From positions 65,782,001 through 65,846,000 of the forward strand of contig NC_088799.1 of assembly GCF_011386835.1 (NCBI RefSeq): 64,000 nt of DNA. Reading direction: 5' to 3'. The translations under genes and the position numbers were made by a program. Below the pieces are notes generated by a model. The model saw only the letters and a program-made list of their open reading frames with translations, did not search any database and was not told the DNA's origin. This stretch comes from Chrysemys picta bellii. Its lineage: Eukaryota. How positions within the stretch are numbered: the first letter of the stretch is position 1; each line of letters starts with the position of its first letter. This document shows positions 49,789-61,490 of this stretch, piece by piece.

Positions 49789-52700
49789 ATGGATGAAATG
49801 TACCTGCTTAATGTGGAAGGAGTCAAGAAAAAGATTTTACATGGAGGCCGAGGGGAGCTGCCGCAATTCAAAGATGGGAGCAAGGTAACTACTCTCAGCA
49901 AGCATCTCAAACTGGCTAAGGAGGGATAGAGCAGGTCAGATGTTATCTCATACCCTTGAATGACAGCCTGTATTGGGCAACAGAGGGTCCTGTGGCACCT
50001 TTGAGACTAACAGAAGTACTGGGAGCATAAGCTTTCGTGGGTAAGAACCTCACTTCTTCAGATGCATCTGAAGAAGTGAGGTTCTTACCCACGAAAGCTT
50101 ATGCTCCCAGTACTTCTGTTAGTCTCAAAGGTGCCACAGGACCCTCTGTTGCTTTTTACAGATTCAGACTAACACGGCTACCCCTCTGATACTTGACAGC
50201 CTGTATTGGGTTCCCCAGCAGCTGTCTCCCAGGCTCTCGGGCTGTAGATGGTGACCCAGAGCCCTTATTACTGAAATCCTCTGCACATGTCTCCTTTAAA
50301 AGCACTTGTAGTCAGAAGTGACTCTAAAAATAAAAACAGCTGATTTCTTCTCTCATTGAGTCCAGATCAAATTAGCTGAGTTTACCAGGCGGCAGGTTTT
50401 TCTAACTGCAGGCATTGAGATTCCAGCTGTGCTCTGTTTGCCTCCTTCATCAACTGCACTAATAGGTTCTGCCACTGGAATCCAGTTGACAGCTTTGTAT
50501 GCTGTAATCCAGCTCAGGCTCCTGGAGCCACATTAGCACAGCAAACAGAAGGAACAAAGCTAAGGGATGCATGTAGGGAGCAGATAATGGGAGTGACAGG
50601 GTGCCCCTTGTTTGTGTAGATATAGCCACATTCTAAGCCTCTAGCAGTGGGACCTAATGTTTTTCTTTGTGGTTAGCTTGCAGTAACCCCTGCTATGAAG
50701 TGTGCATGCTATATTTGCAAGGCACTGCTGTGAGGAAGTTCACTCTACTGGAGCCCTGAGTTGGGTTAAAAAGAGGTATTGGCAGAGAGCAGCAGATGGT
50801 GGAGTGCCTCAAAGCCTGTCCCTTCACCCCATGAGAACAGCTGAGTGAACTAACACTAAGCTGGGGTCATGGTCACCCCTTCTCAGTGACCCAAGGGTGG
50901 GATTGAGCCAAGTTTCAGGGTGGAGAGGGGAGGGAGAGAAGGCTACTTACTACTCCAGTGACCTGATCCCAGACTGTCATGCCTGCAGCTGACCCACTCT
51001 GCACTGGTTTCTCTTTGGTGCAGCTCACATTCCACTTTCAGACGCTAAAAGACGACTTTGAGCGCACGGTGATAGATGACAGCCGACAGGCTGGCATCCC
51101 CATGGAGATCATCGTGGGGAAACTGTTCAAAATCGAGGTGTGGGAGACCTTGCTAACCTCCATGAGGATCGGAGAAGTGGCAGAGTTCTGGTGTGATGCT
51201 ATTGTGAGTGACAACCCCCATGGCTGGGAACACCTAGATTACACACACACACACATTGTGCATGATCAATGCGTTGACACCAAAACACACCGGTATCAAC
51301 ACTTACACGTGTGCACAGCCCACAGATACATTCTGGACAGGATCGCACTGGCATACACATCTGTACCTGTCTTATGCATGGTTCTGTGCACCCTGCTGCA
51401 TGTAACTGGGAGCTGGAGCACTGGGCTGCTTGGTCCAGCAGCATGTCTTCCCTCACCAAGTCCTTTTATTCCTGAGATTTGGTGGGTGCAGGTTCTAACT
51501 CTAGGACAGACTGAAAAGCCCCAGCTCAGGCTGCAGTTCAGCCCTCGAGGGAGAGGAGCCATTTATTTCTGCTGTGGCAGACGGCTGCTTTTACAGTATT
51601 CCTGGCCTGCTGTCTGAATACCTGACCCAGATTCCAGGCCCCAGCCCTTAAGCAGGGGGGTTTAACTCCACTTTCCCCCTGCTGAGAGCAGGTGCCTCCC
51701 ATCACCATCTCACCCCACCTGCTCTCACTGGCCCCCGGACTAGGGGGAATGTTTTGTACATGTGCTTGAGCCAAAGTGCCTTTCCCCCTCTCCTCCCCCC
51801 CAATGTTTCAGCACACAGGCATGTACGCGCTGGTCTCCAAGGGCATGAGGAGGATTGCAGAGGGCAAGGACCCCTTGGAGGGGCAGAAGCACCGCTGTGG
51901 GATGGGGAACATGTTCGACTACCACAGCACGGGTTATGTGGACCTGGATGAGCTGCAGAGGGCCCCCCAGCCTCTCATCTTCATCATGGAGCTTTTCAAA
52001 GTAAGGCCTGGGCCAGGGGAGGAAAGGCAAGTGGGGTGAGGGAGAGCAAAGTCGGGACAGACCACACGATGCTCAGCGTGGCACAGCCTGGGCTAGTAGC
52101 TCTTCTGGGGCAGGGGGAGCCCAGCTCTCCTGGGCGTGGTGTGAGGAGCATATGAGGCTAGCAGTGTGAAGGTCTGTTTCCCCCCCCACACACACACACC
52201 AGGTGGACGACCCCTCATCCTATAAACGGGACACATGGGCCATGAACAAAGAGGAGAAACTGTCGGCAGTGCCCGTATTGCACAGCGAGGGCAACCGGCT
52301 GGTCCTGCTCAAGAGGTACCAGGAAGCAGCGGCGAAGTATCAGGAAGCAGTCATCTGCCTGCGGAACGTCCAGGCCAAGGTGAGAGCCACCCCGCTGGAC
52401 ACTGTAAATGGGGAGGGGTGGGCTAGCGTAGCACTGCCGCCCAGGGTGATGGGTCAGCGCTCAGCTGGAGCAGGGACAGCCACCTCCTGCTCTGGCTTCT
52501 TGTGCCCAGCTCCACAGCATTGGTACGTCATGCCTAGCACCACTTCCCTACTCTGCGGAGCCCCTACCGTCTGCACAGGTCCTGCCTGCAGCATGCAGCA
52601 GTGAGCTGGCTGCACTGCCCCCCACCACCAGCTATAGAGCTTCGGGAGGTCCTCGGCAGCCAATACGATTCCTAAGACAATAACAGCCCAGTCTGCCGGT

Positions 52701-54960
52701 CGCTTTGCTCACACCGTGGCTCCCTGCGGCTGGGAGAACCTGTACTCCTAGGCCTTTGCGGTGACGTTTTCAGGGTACAAAGTCCTGCAAACTAAATCAA
52801 AACAAGTCACTGGGAAAGGCCAGGCAGGGCTTGCTGCAAACAGCCACTTCGACCTGTGGCCTCCAGCAAGGAGGGGAGCCAGAAAGCTCCGACAGCGGTT
52901 CTTGGAACGGCATACTCAGCCAGATGGCTGAAGGTCGTGCATGCACTGGGATGCTCCCAGCAAGCACACTCCATGCTGGCTGTTTTACTTCAACGGTAGC
53001 TACTGTCCTCCATTTACCCCAGTTTGCCTGCAAAGCCCCCGCGGGATGCACTATGTATTGTTCCTGGCTACTGGCACTCTGTCCCTTTGCGAGTTCTCTG
53101 CCCAGCCAGAGGGGTCTGGTGTCTTCACGCTGCACGTTGCTGGTTTTGTGAACAGGAGAAGCCCTGGGCTGAAGACTGGCTGAGCCTGGAGAAACTCATC
53201 ACGCCCCTTGTGCTGAATTACTGCCAGTGCCAGCTGGAGCTGGGGGAATACTATGAGGTCTTAGAGCACACCACCGACCTCCTCCAGAAGAACAATGGTA
53301 ATCACCTCACCGGCCTGTCCCAACCTTCCACTCGGCTCCCAGAGAGGGGCTCTTGTTCTCATGGGACTCTGCATCCAGCGCTCCTGTCACGCAGGGGCTT
53401 CCTCTCTGCTACCGATCCCCTGGGAGTTTTTCAGCTGCTCCCTTCCTCCAGCACTTACAATCGTGTAGAGAAGGCATTTCAGGGGCGGGTCTCCTGGCTG
53501 GAGGAGTATTGCCTTCCATGGAATTTAAACCCAGCCGGAGCACAGCTTGAACTAGATCCATAGAAGGCTGAGTCAGTAATGGAAGCTGACATGCTAGTGC
53601 AGAGTGGCAGATACAGGAACAGCTGGTAGCCTTCACTCTGGCTGAGAGGTTGGGTTGGTCACTGGGTGTTTTCCTGTCTCTCAACTGCTGCTTTCCCCTT
53701 GTGACAGGTTTCAGAACTCTGTCCTGGAAAGGGAATATTGTCACACCAGGTGTAACAGCCTGTGGCACTCACTGCCACTAGATCCGCAGGCCCACAGCTT
53801 AGTAAGATTACAGAAGCCAGACTTGGATGATGAGAACATCTCCAGTTAGGATAAGAAACCTTCACGCTTCAGGCCATGAGCAAACTGGTGGTTGACAGGG
53901 GCTACTAAGAAACGTCGCAGGTCGGCAAGCTATGCTTTACTTGTCCCCTCTGAGCTTGCTTGCACCTTCCTGGGAAGCAGCTGTACTGGCCAGACACCGA
54001 TACAGGACTAGATGGGTGCTTGGCAGTTCCTACATTGGAATCCTGCTGCATGGCAGTGAATTAAATGGGAGCCAAGCTGTAGAGCAGTGTAGTGCTACAA
54101 CGCCCTGCTGCGATTGCCATAGGAGTGAGTGGAGCCTAGATCTTTGTTCTGATGCAGCCCCTTTGGGATACTCAGCACCTGCAGCAGGAGGCTCCAGGGA
54201 AAGGAGCTCAGAGGCCCTCTTCTGCAGGCAGGACAGGAGCGTGTGATGGCCAAGCAGGGCGAGAGAGGAAAGGAAATAACCCCATGCTTCTCTGCACTTG
54301 ACAGAGAACGTGAAGGCTTACTTCAAGCGCGCAAAGGCCCATGCTGCCGTCTGGAACGAGAAGGAGGCACGAGAAGACTTCCTGAGGGCGGCTCAACTGG
54401 ACCCGTCACTGGGAGCAGCTGTGAAGAAAGAGCTGAGGCTGTTGGGGGAGAGGATGAGAGAAAAACATGTGGAAGATAGGCAGAGATACCAGGGCCTCTT
54501 CCAGCAGCCTCAGCTCAAAGGGGCAACAGAAGGGAAGGGGCAGTTGGGAGGAGATGGGAATGCTGGAGCTGGCAGGCAGGAGGGAGGAAATTTTGGGGAA
54601 GGTAGGGAGGAGACAGGACTGGGAACAGAGAGCTCCACAGCCAAGGAGGAAGAACAAGACCAAGGAATTGCTAGAGCAGAGTGGGGTATGAGAGAGGCAG
54701 GACTTGGAGAAGAGAACACACATGCAAAGAAGGAACAAGGCCTGGGGGAGTCTGGGGCAGAGACAGGACCTGGGGAAGAGAGTGCCAGAGCAGAGAGGGA
54801 AGAGCCAGGGGAAGGAACAGACCAAGGGAATTCTGGGGTCGATGGAGCAGGGGGAGGACAAGGAAACTCGGAGACAGGCCGTGGAGAAGGATTTTCCAGA
54901 GCAGAGAGGGAACGAGCAAGCCAAGGTGATTGTGCGGCAGAAAGTCATAGGGACCACTAG
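49789..54960 (+). CDS. AIP/AIPL1-family co-chaperone (FKBP-like domain + TPR repeats) with long Gly/Glu-rich C-terminal tail, 6 exons, 479 aa
   Basis: join(49789..49884,51024..51203,51812..52000,52203..52379,53156..53297,54305..54960) = 1440 nt. Exon sizes 96/180/189/177/142 match AIPL1 as recalled. [80 protein letters not shown]. Confidence 0.93.
49978..50193. mobile_element. Penelope-like retroelement insertion with inverted duplication (perfect 176-bp palindrome)
   Basis: 17-bp direct repeat TGACAGCCTGTATTGGG at 49961-49977 and 50194-50210; palindrome 49977-50152; tail cagactaacacggctacccctctgatact is typical of reptile Penelope elements as recalled. Confidence 0.8.
50068..50106 (+). ncRNA. 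Hammerhead ribozyme-like core within the Penelope-like element (mirror copy on - strand at 50023-50061)
   Basis: CUGAAGA-A-[GUG(A)GGU UCUU ACCCAC]-GAA-A-GC UUAU GC-U-C: catalytic boxes, helix II and a short helix III with an NUH (CUC) site. Helix I is not evident. Confidence 0.5.
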
Positions 54961-55714
54961 AGAGAGGACTTGGAGAAGAGAATGCCAGGGAGAGTCATGG
55001 GGCAGGAGCCAGAGAAAGGAGCTCAGAGGCAGATAAAGAACGGGGAGGGGGAGCAGAAGGTTGCTCCAGCACTAAAGCAGCAGAGCAGAGCTTGGGGGAA
55101 GGGGTTGGGCCTGGGGCAGAGCCCAGCAGGACACTTTGAGATGAATGTTGAGAAATACAAGATGCTTCCTTGCTAACACACTGGAGGGAGGTCAGCACTG
55201 AGGGACAATGCTGCCGCTCACTAGGGCTGCCTAGTGAGGCAAAGAGAGATGGGCAAAGGGTCCCAGCCATTACCAGTGTAGTGCAGGACAGCAGAGAGCC
55301 CAGGGAGGGAAATTCAATACAGGGGGCCCAGGGCCAGGCTGAGATAGTGGGGGACTACCAGGTCCAGCTGGGCTGCTCTGTGAGTAGTTAGACTCTGGCC
55401 TGAACAAAGAGCTGTGGCTCAGTGAAAGGTAACTGGGTATTGGCTGGAGCTCTTTGCCATCTGTATGGTGCAGGCTTCCTCCCAAACCCTGTCACTGCTG
55501 AGCCACCAATGAAAGCGGGATCTGACCACATAACCTCACTCAAAAGTGCAGGAGCCAAGGCGGCCAACTTCATCTTCGTGAATCGGACTGACGCCTCATG
55601 CGCCTGCTCTCCCAGCCCGCCCTGTGCTCGGTGCTACAGCCCGCGCTCACCCTGTGCTGGGTCAGCAGTGCTAACCCCTGTACTGCTTCCTACTGCCGAG
55701 CTTGCTCACTGAGA

Positions 55715-55720
55715 AATAAA
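55715..55720 (+). terminator. Candidate polyadenylation signal of the AIPL-like gene
   Basis: AATAAA about 750 nt downstream of the stop codon. Confidence 0.5.
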
Positions 55721-56441
55721 GTGCATCCCTGGCAAGGCTCTGGCAGGATTCTTTCCTGGCTATGATTGGCATCTCCGAGCCAGCAGGCTCCCAGGCTGCC
55801 CCGGAGACCAAGGACACTCCTGGCCCCTGAAAAGCTTTGCTTTCCTTGCATGGATCTTCCCGTTTGTCCCAGCCTCCCAACCAGCCCCAGGAGGAGGTTA
55901 TTTATTAAACGCAGACAGCCCTACCTGAGCTCCCAGGAACAAGGCCGTCTGCCCCCAGAGCTCACTGTCTGAAAGCGGAGGCAGAGGGTGGAGCTTACTG
56001 TTTTCACTTTGTCTTTAGGGCAAAGTTGCGGGAGGGTGTATGGAGAGCAGCAGGCAAGAAGGGAGGAAATTGTCCCCATTTTACTGGTGTAATCCCCGGA
56101 ACCAGAGGCTGGATTCAGAATGGGAGGCGGGATGGGGAAGTTACTAGTGGCCATAGGCTTCTGATCTGCCCAGAGCTCAATCTGCATTGGAATTCAGCAC
56201 CAGGTCAGGACCCAGTTCACCTCCCCCTTTTCCATATGGGGGGAGGGGGCTCCCAAATGCTGTGACTGAACTGACCATGGGAGGAGGCTTGGGGAAGGGA
56301 ACAGGGGAGGCCCCTGTAGAAGAACAAGGCGGGCTCATGCTGTTCCACCATTAGTTGCAGAGACCACTGGCTTCTGCCCCATAAATTAAAAGGGGGAGAG
56401 GGATAGGCTGGGAGTTAGGACTCCTGGATTCTATTCCCAGC

Positions 56442-57429
56442 CAGGGCCGGATTAACCTTTTTGGGCCCCTATGGAGGCAATGAAGCATGGCACGGGGAAG
56501 TCAGTCCCTAGAGCAAGGGGCCAGCCGGAGGCAATGGGGCATGGTATGGCAGGGGCGGCCCCGCTCCGCCCAATGCAAGGGCACTATTTAGAAACCGGCA
56601 GTTGCCAGATGCACAGTGGCCTGCCCGGCCCTGTGCTGCCAGCATGCCCCTTCCCCTTGGGGGCAGGCCCCATGCCACACCACACAGCCCCTCCCCCCGC
56701 CCAACACCCCCCAACTCCCTATGACCAGAAGCCCCCCGGACCCACGCACAAATTCACAGCACCCTGCTCAACACCACCCCTGCCCACAGCCCCACCACAA
56801 CTGCCCAGCACCCCCACCCACAGAACCACCACTCCCTAGTGCCCCAACACACACAGATCCTCCCTGCCCCTTCGCAGCCCAGCACTCCCCTATACTCCCC
56901 ACAGACCCACTCCTCCAAGCCCTGCCTCCCGGCCATATCGGCCCTGCTGGGAGGCGACTGTGTCTGCCGGGCTGGTCCCAGGGCCGGGAATCACTCCAGT
57001 CCCTTGGGAGTGGTGCGATCAGCCAGGCCAGGACCTGCCCCGGCCAGGGTCCCTCAAGACACTTGCCTGGAGGGACCTAGCCAACCCTCTGCACTGTCTC
57101 CCCCACATACACACACACACCTGGCTGAGACTGGCCAGGCTTCTGCACCAGTCCCAGGCGACTCAGCTTCGGGGAGAAGGTGAAGCCCCACAGGTGGTAG
57201 GAAGCAGAGAGTGCCCAGAGCCAGAGGTGCACTGGGGTCCGGCCAGGGGTCAGAGAGGAGGTGGGGGGGGGGCGAGGAGCCAGCAGGCAGGCTGGCTGAG
57301 AGGAGCAAGTTGGGGGTGGGGGGAGACAGAGGGGTCTCAGGGCGCAGTGTAGGCGGAGCTGACCAGGACCCCTTCTGAGCATGGGCCCAGCTCCATGGAG
57401 CCACTGGAGCCATTGTAAACCCAGCACTG
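56442..57429. mobile_element. Degenerate non-autonomous hAT-like element inserted in a MIR-like SINE
   Basis: Ends CAGGGCCGGATTAAC / GTAAACCCAGCACTG (11 of 15); MIR-like sequence on both sides (ggactcctggattctattcccagc ... ccttgggcaagtcc); no intact TSD. Confidence 0.6.
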
Positions 57430-58717
57430 CCTTGGGCAAGTCCTTCAGCTCATCTGTGCCTTAGTTCCCTCATTTGGGGTGTTGAGGCATAATCAGCTTG
57501 TAAAGAATGTTGAGATTCTCAGGACAATATACCTGGACCTGTTAGGCTAAGGGCAGGACACAGACAACTGAAAAGCCAGTCTCCTGGCTAAGAGAGTAGA
57601 AGGCTAGGTAAAACAAGTACCAGCCTAGAGTCACTAGAGCCCAAAGCGTGTCTGGAGCGGGGAGACGGAGAAGGTTTGGCAGGAGGAGGAGAAATCTCTT
57701 TCCAGGGTTTTCTGTCTCATTGTGCACTTGTGATCCACTGTTTGTTTTTCCACATGACAGGGAAAGAAAAATTGTCTAAGAATAGGAATGTGGGACTTTA
57801 CAACCACGGCCATGGGTTTGAGCTGTTTTTAAAAAATTGAGCAGATTTTGTCAACAGAGTTAAGCTATAATCAAAGAAAAGCTTCCTTTACATAATGACC
57901 CCTTTGTGTATCCAGACTCCTAACTACTTGCTGCTAATGACAAACATTCACACCTGCAGAGCCAGCAGTGCCCTGGGAGAGGGAGCTGGATTCTGGTCTG
58001 GCCTAGTTTCAGATACAGAATTGTTAATGAAGTTCCCATTGCAGAGCCATTAGTTCTGGCAACGATGCACGAGCCAAAGAAGAAGCCAGCTCTGCTTCCA
58101 GATCCCAGGGTGAGTTTGTGGCACTGGCAGAGAGGAAAAACACCACCTTACTTGTAAACCAAGCAAATTTGGTCTGGAGTAGGACCATAGCCACCCACAG
58201 GAATCTGAGCAGTGGGTCACTCATCCGAGCCCCCGTGCCAGGTTCTTGCAAGGAAGGGAGCAGAGAAAGGAGGGAATGGATGATTGTGCAGTAACATACT
58301 CATGAGGGAAGTTGCTTCCCATACTCTGGCACTTAGCAGGTGGGATGCAGACAGGGAAGCCCAGAATGGCAGCTTCACAGGGAGAGAGGGAGAGGAAACA
58401 ACAGAAATAACAACAAGGCCAAAGCACCAGCCAAAGTATCAATATAAATACAAATTTATTCTCTTTCCAGAGCAGAAATGGAGAGAAGCCAGTGAGGACA
58501 GCACCACAGCAAACAGTACCCAGAGTTAGCTTCCCAGCTTTAACAGATATCCTGAACTCACTTATGCACAATACAATCTCTGCTTATAAAGAAAATGTCC
58601 TAGAGGTTCGGTCGGTTGGCCTGGGCTGTATCTTTACTTACAGCACAGAGCTAGCTCAGGGAGAGATCTCAGATTCTCTACTGATGCCCTTTCCAAAGCA
58701 AAAGAGGGCGAAGCAAT

Positions 58718-58795
58718 CAGCTCTGATCCTCAAAGGTATTTAGGCACCTAACTCATAGGAATTAAGTGCCCAAATACCTTGGAGGATCTAGGCCT
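58718..58795. repeat. Short palindromic MITE-like hairpin
   Basis: gatcctcaaaggtatttaggcac ... gtgcccaaataccttggaggatc (21 of 23 inverted match). Confidence 0.7.
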
Positions 58796-59209
58796 CAGTG
58801 ATTAAGGGAAGATGCTCAGAGGAGGTACAAGAGAAAATGGAGGCCTGCCATTTTATAGCTAAAAACCCCACTAATTACATTAGTGGATCAGGTGGTTTTA
58901 ATCAGGGCCTAGATTAGCACTCGTAGCAAAGAACTCTGGAGTACCGCAGAGCCGTTGTGAGATGGGGAGCCAAGCATGGATGGGGGAAGAGGGAGAATGC
59001 TGTAGATAGGTCTGAGACTGGGGAATGCCCAGGAACACTTGTATTCAAGGAGGGCAGAGCACAGGGGACTGCAAGGAGCACCAGGGGTTGAAGATCTAGT
59101 AAAGCAGTGGGACACTTCAGCTGCAGGGGGCCCCACTCTCTGGGCTTATTGCACTGTCAATATCGATCAATCATTTCGTGTTCCAATGGAACACTAAGAC
59201 ACTAACCCT

Positions 59210-59524
59210 GGCGCTCAGATTGGCAGTGCCTTGGGGGGTGTTTCCACCGTCCTCTCTAGCATGAGGGCATGGGTCATTTGCCAGGATTATCTAGGGGTTT
59301 TGTTTAATCATTTCCCGGACACTGCAGGGGCCTTGGGCACTGGTGCACCTCAGTCCCTCTGTTCTCTGCCTATGGCATGTCATAATCTAGTGTCCTGTGG
59401 GCTGTGATACTTGGCCTAATTCTGGTTGTTGGGTTTGGTGTGCGTGGTCTAGGGTGTTGGTGGCTTGCGATAAACAGGAGGTCAGACTAGTGGTGGTCCC
59501 TTCTGGCCTTAAGCTCTGTGACTC
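59210..59524 (+). mobile_element. CR1-related retroposon 3' fragment (copy 2)
   Basis: Ends caggaggtcagactagtggtggtcccttctggccttaagctctgtga; homologous to 3854-4185. Confidence 0.6.
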
Positions 59525-60469
59525 AGTCACTGATCATGCTGGCCACCGCTCTCAACTAGATGGGGAGACGAGCGGGCCGTGGCCTCTGCACCCCAGAAGG
59601 GAGATTTCATGCAGGGAAAACCAATGACTCCTGAACATGCTTTTAGAGGTGCTTTTGCCCTAATCTTGCCTTTCTCTCTCATTCTTAGCTACTTCCCAGT
59701 CTCGGCCTTCCACGGGCAAAACCATAGCCCTGCTAGCCCTTCTCCAGTTTGCTAGCAGAGGGAGCCATCTCCTGCCCCATCCCACAGCTGATAATGCGTG
59801 GCTCCAATCATCACTACAGCTGCGCCCTCGGCCTAGGTCTCCATGTGGCAGGCAGCCAAGGAAGCCACAGGCTCTTCCCAGCTCTCCTAGCACTAGGGTT
59901 AAGTGGTTTGTGCCTGTGCTGCATGGTGGTAAAGCAGATGAGGTGAACACCACCTATCTGCACTTGCTCCTCTCCCTTAGGGCCTGACTAGGCTGGAGAG
60001 GGTGCAATTGAGGTTTCCTCTCCTTTTCTCCTGGCCTCTGCCTAGAGGGAAAAGTGCAACAGTTTGATCCGGATGAATCTGAGGCTGCTCCTTCCTGATG
60101 GACTGGAGCCAGGGGGACCAGCATGGAGCTGGACGTGGGTTGGGGAGATTCCCAGTGGGGGGCAAAGCCAGCAGCAATTCCTCTGGGGAGCAACAACCGC
60201 AGAGAGTGCTCTCACTTGTCAGGGTCTGTGTCTCAGGCAGTCCCATCTGTGAGAGTTCTCCCCAGCTTCCGGCAGCAACACCCAGCCTGAGCTTTCTGCA
60301 CTGGTCCCAAACACAGAACTTGCAAGACTGTCTCTGCAGTGAAACGTGCTCCTCCACTAGACTGGCCAATCCCCACACACGAGTGGCTCCAGAGCTCCAC
60401 TAACAACTTTCCTGGCAGAGAATGGGCCACAGCAATTTCCATCGCGGCAGCACCAGAGAGAACATTGTG

Positions 60470-61490
60470 TTGCTCCTCACACACAATCCACAGCCTTCTA
60501 CAGCTGCCCTAATATAGGACAAGTCACCACATTTGGCTACTCAGTACACATTAACCCTACTGCCCTACATGCTACAGTAAGCTTAATACCACAATCCACA
60601 TCACCTCCAGTAAACAGCATGCTATAGCAATCCTAGCAACCTACAGCGCTTTCAATATACCTCACAGGACAGCAATTCACAGGGCTACTAAGAGATACCA
60701 AAATCCACAGGACCTTTTACTACACAACATCACAGATCACAGCAACTCCTATGCACAACGTACAGCGTACTACAGCAAGCCTCATGCCACGTAATCCACA
60801 ACATGCTGCACCAAACAAGTTCCACAACATGACACAATATACCACCACAAAGTCAGTATCACACAGAACCTCCGAGACACAGTGCACTCCCTCAAACCTA
60901 ACACAGCACTAAAGCACCTTATACCCACCACACTGCAGCCACCTTACCAGGCCACAACACACCACCGTCCGCAGTCCTAACAACACAGTCCACAGCACCT
61001 TCAATACACAAGAGCAAACAACAAAGCAAGCCAGAACTTTTCCAGTGCACAGCTGCAGCAGTCAGATCCCCACAACATCGGCAATTTAGACTCTGGAGTT
61101 CTGTGATGAGTTCCCCATATAAAGTGCCAAATGTCATCAGCTTTGAAGAATGTAGCAACCCTAACACCACGCAGTCTGCATACGACATTCCACGTTGTTC
61201 TTCATAAAACTTCCTATTATGCCTCTACTACACTGCAACCTTATTGCCTCTCCCCCCCGAGACAGAACATTCCACCCCATTCCCAGGGGACCTTTCCCCA
61301 CTGGAGAACATGTCGCAGCCCCCCAGCTCTGCAGCCTTCTCAACTATAACACTTTGTCCCAGACAGACAACTTTCCAGAGCCTTCCAGATCCAAGTGTTC
61401 CAGAAAACACGTTGCTATGCTACAAAACACAACGCAATCCTGCATGCTTGCAACACAAGTTTTGTACACCACCCCCCGTGCCAAATAGTT
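60470..61490. repeat. C/A-rich degenerate tandem-like low-complexity region
   Basis: Recurrent aatccaca/ttccaca/cacag words roughly every 40-60 bp; strong strand bias towards A and C. Confidence 0.5.

Noticed and set aside
54961-55176. Stop-codon readthrough of the AIPL-like TAG into the in-frame ORF ending 55176
   Set aside because: The context TAG-AGA is not a known readthrough motif, and the tail repeat continues in a different frame, so a frameshift explains it better.
56471-57439. Cluster of Pro-rich ORFs
   Set aside because: All lie within a GC-skewed hAT-like element.
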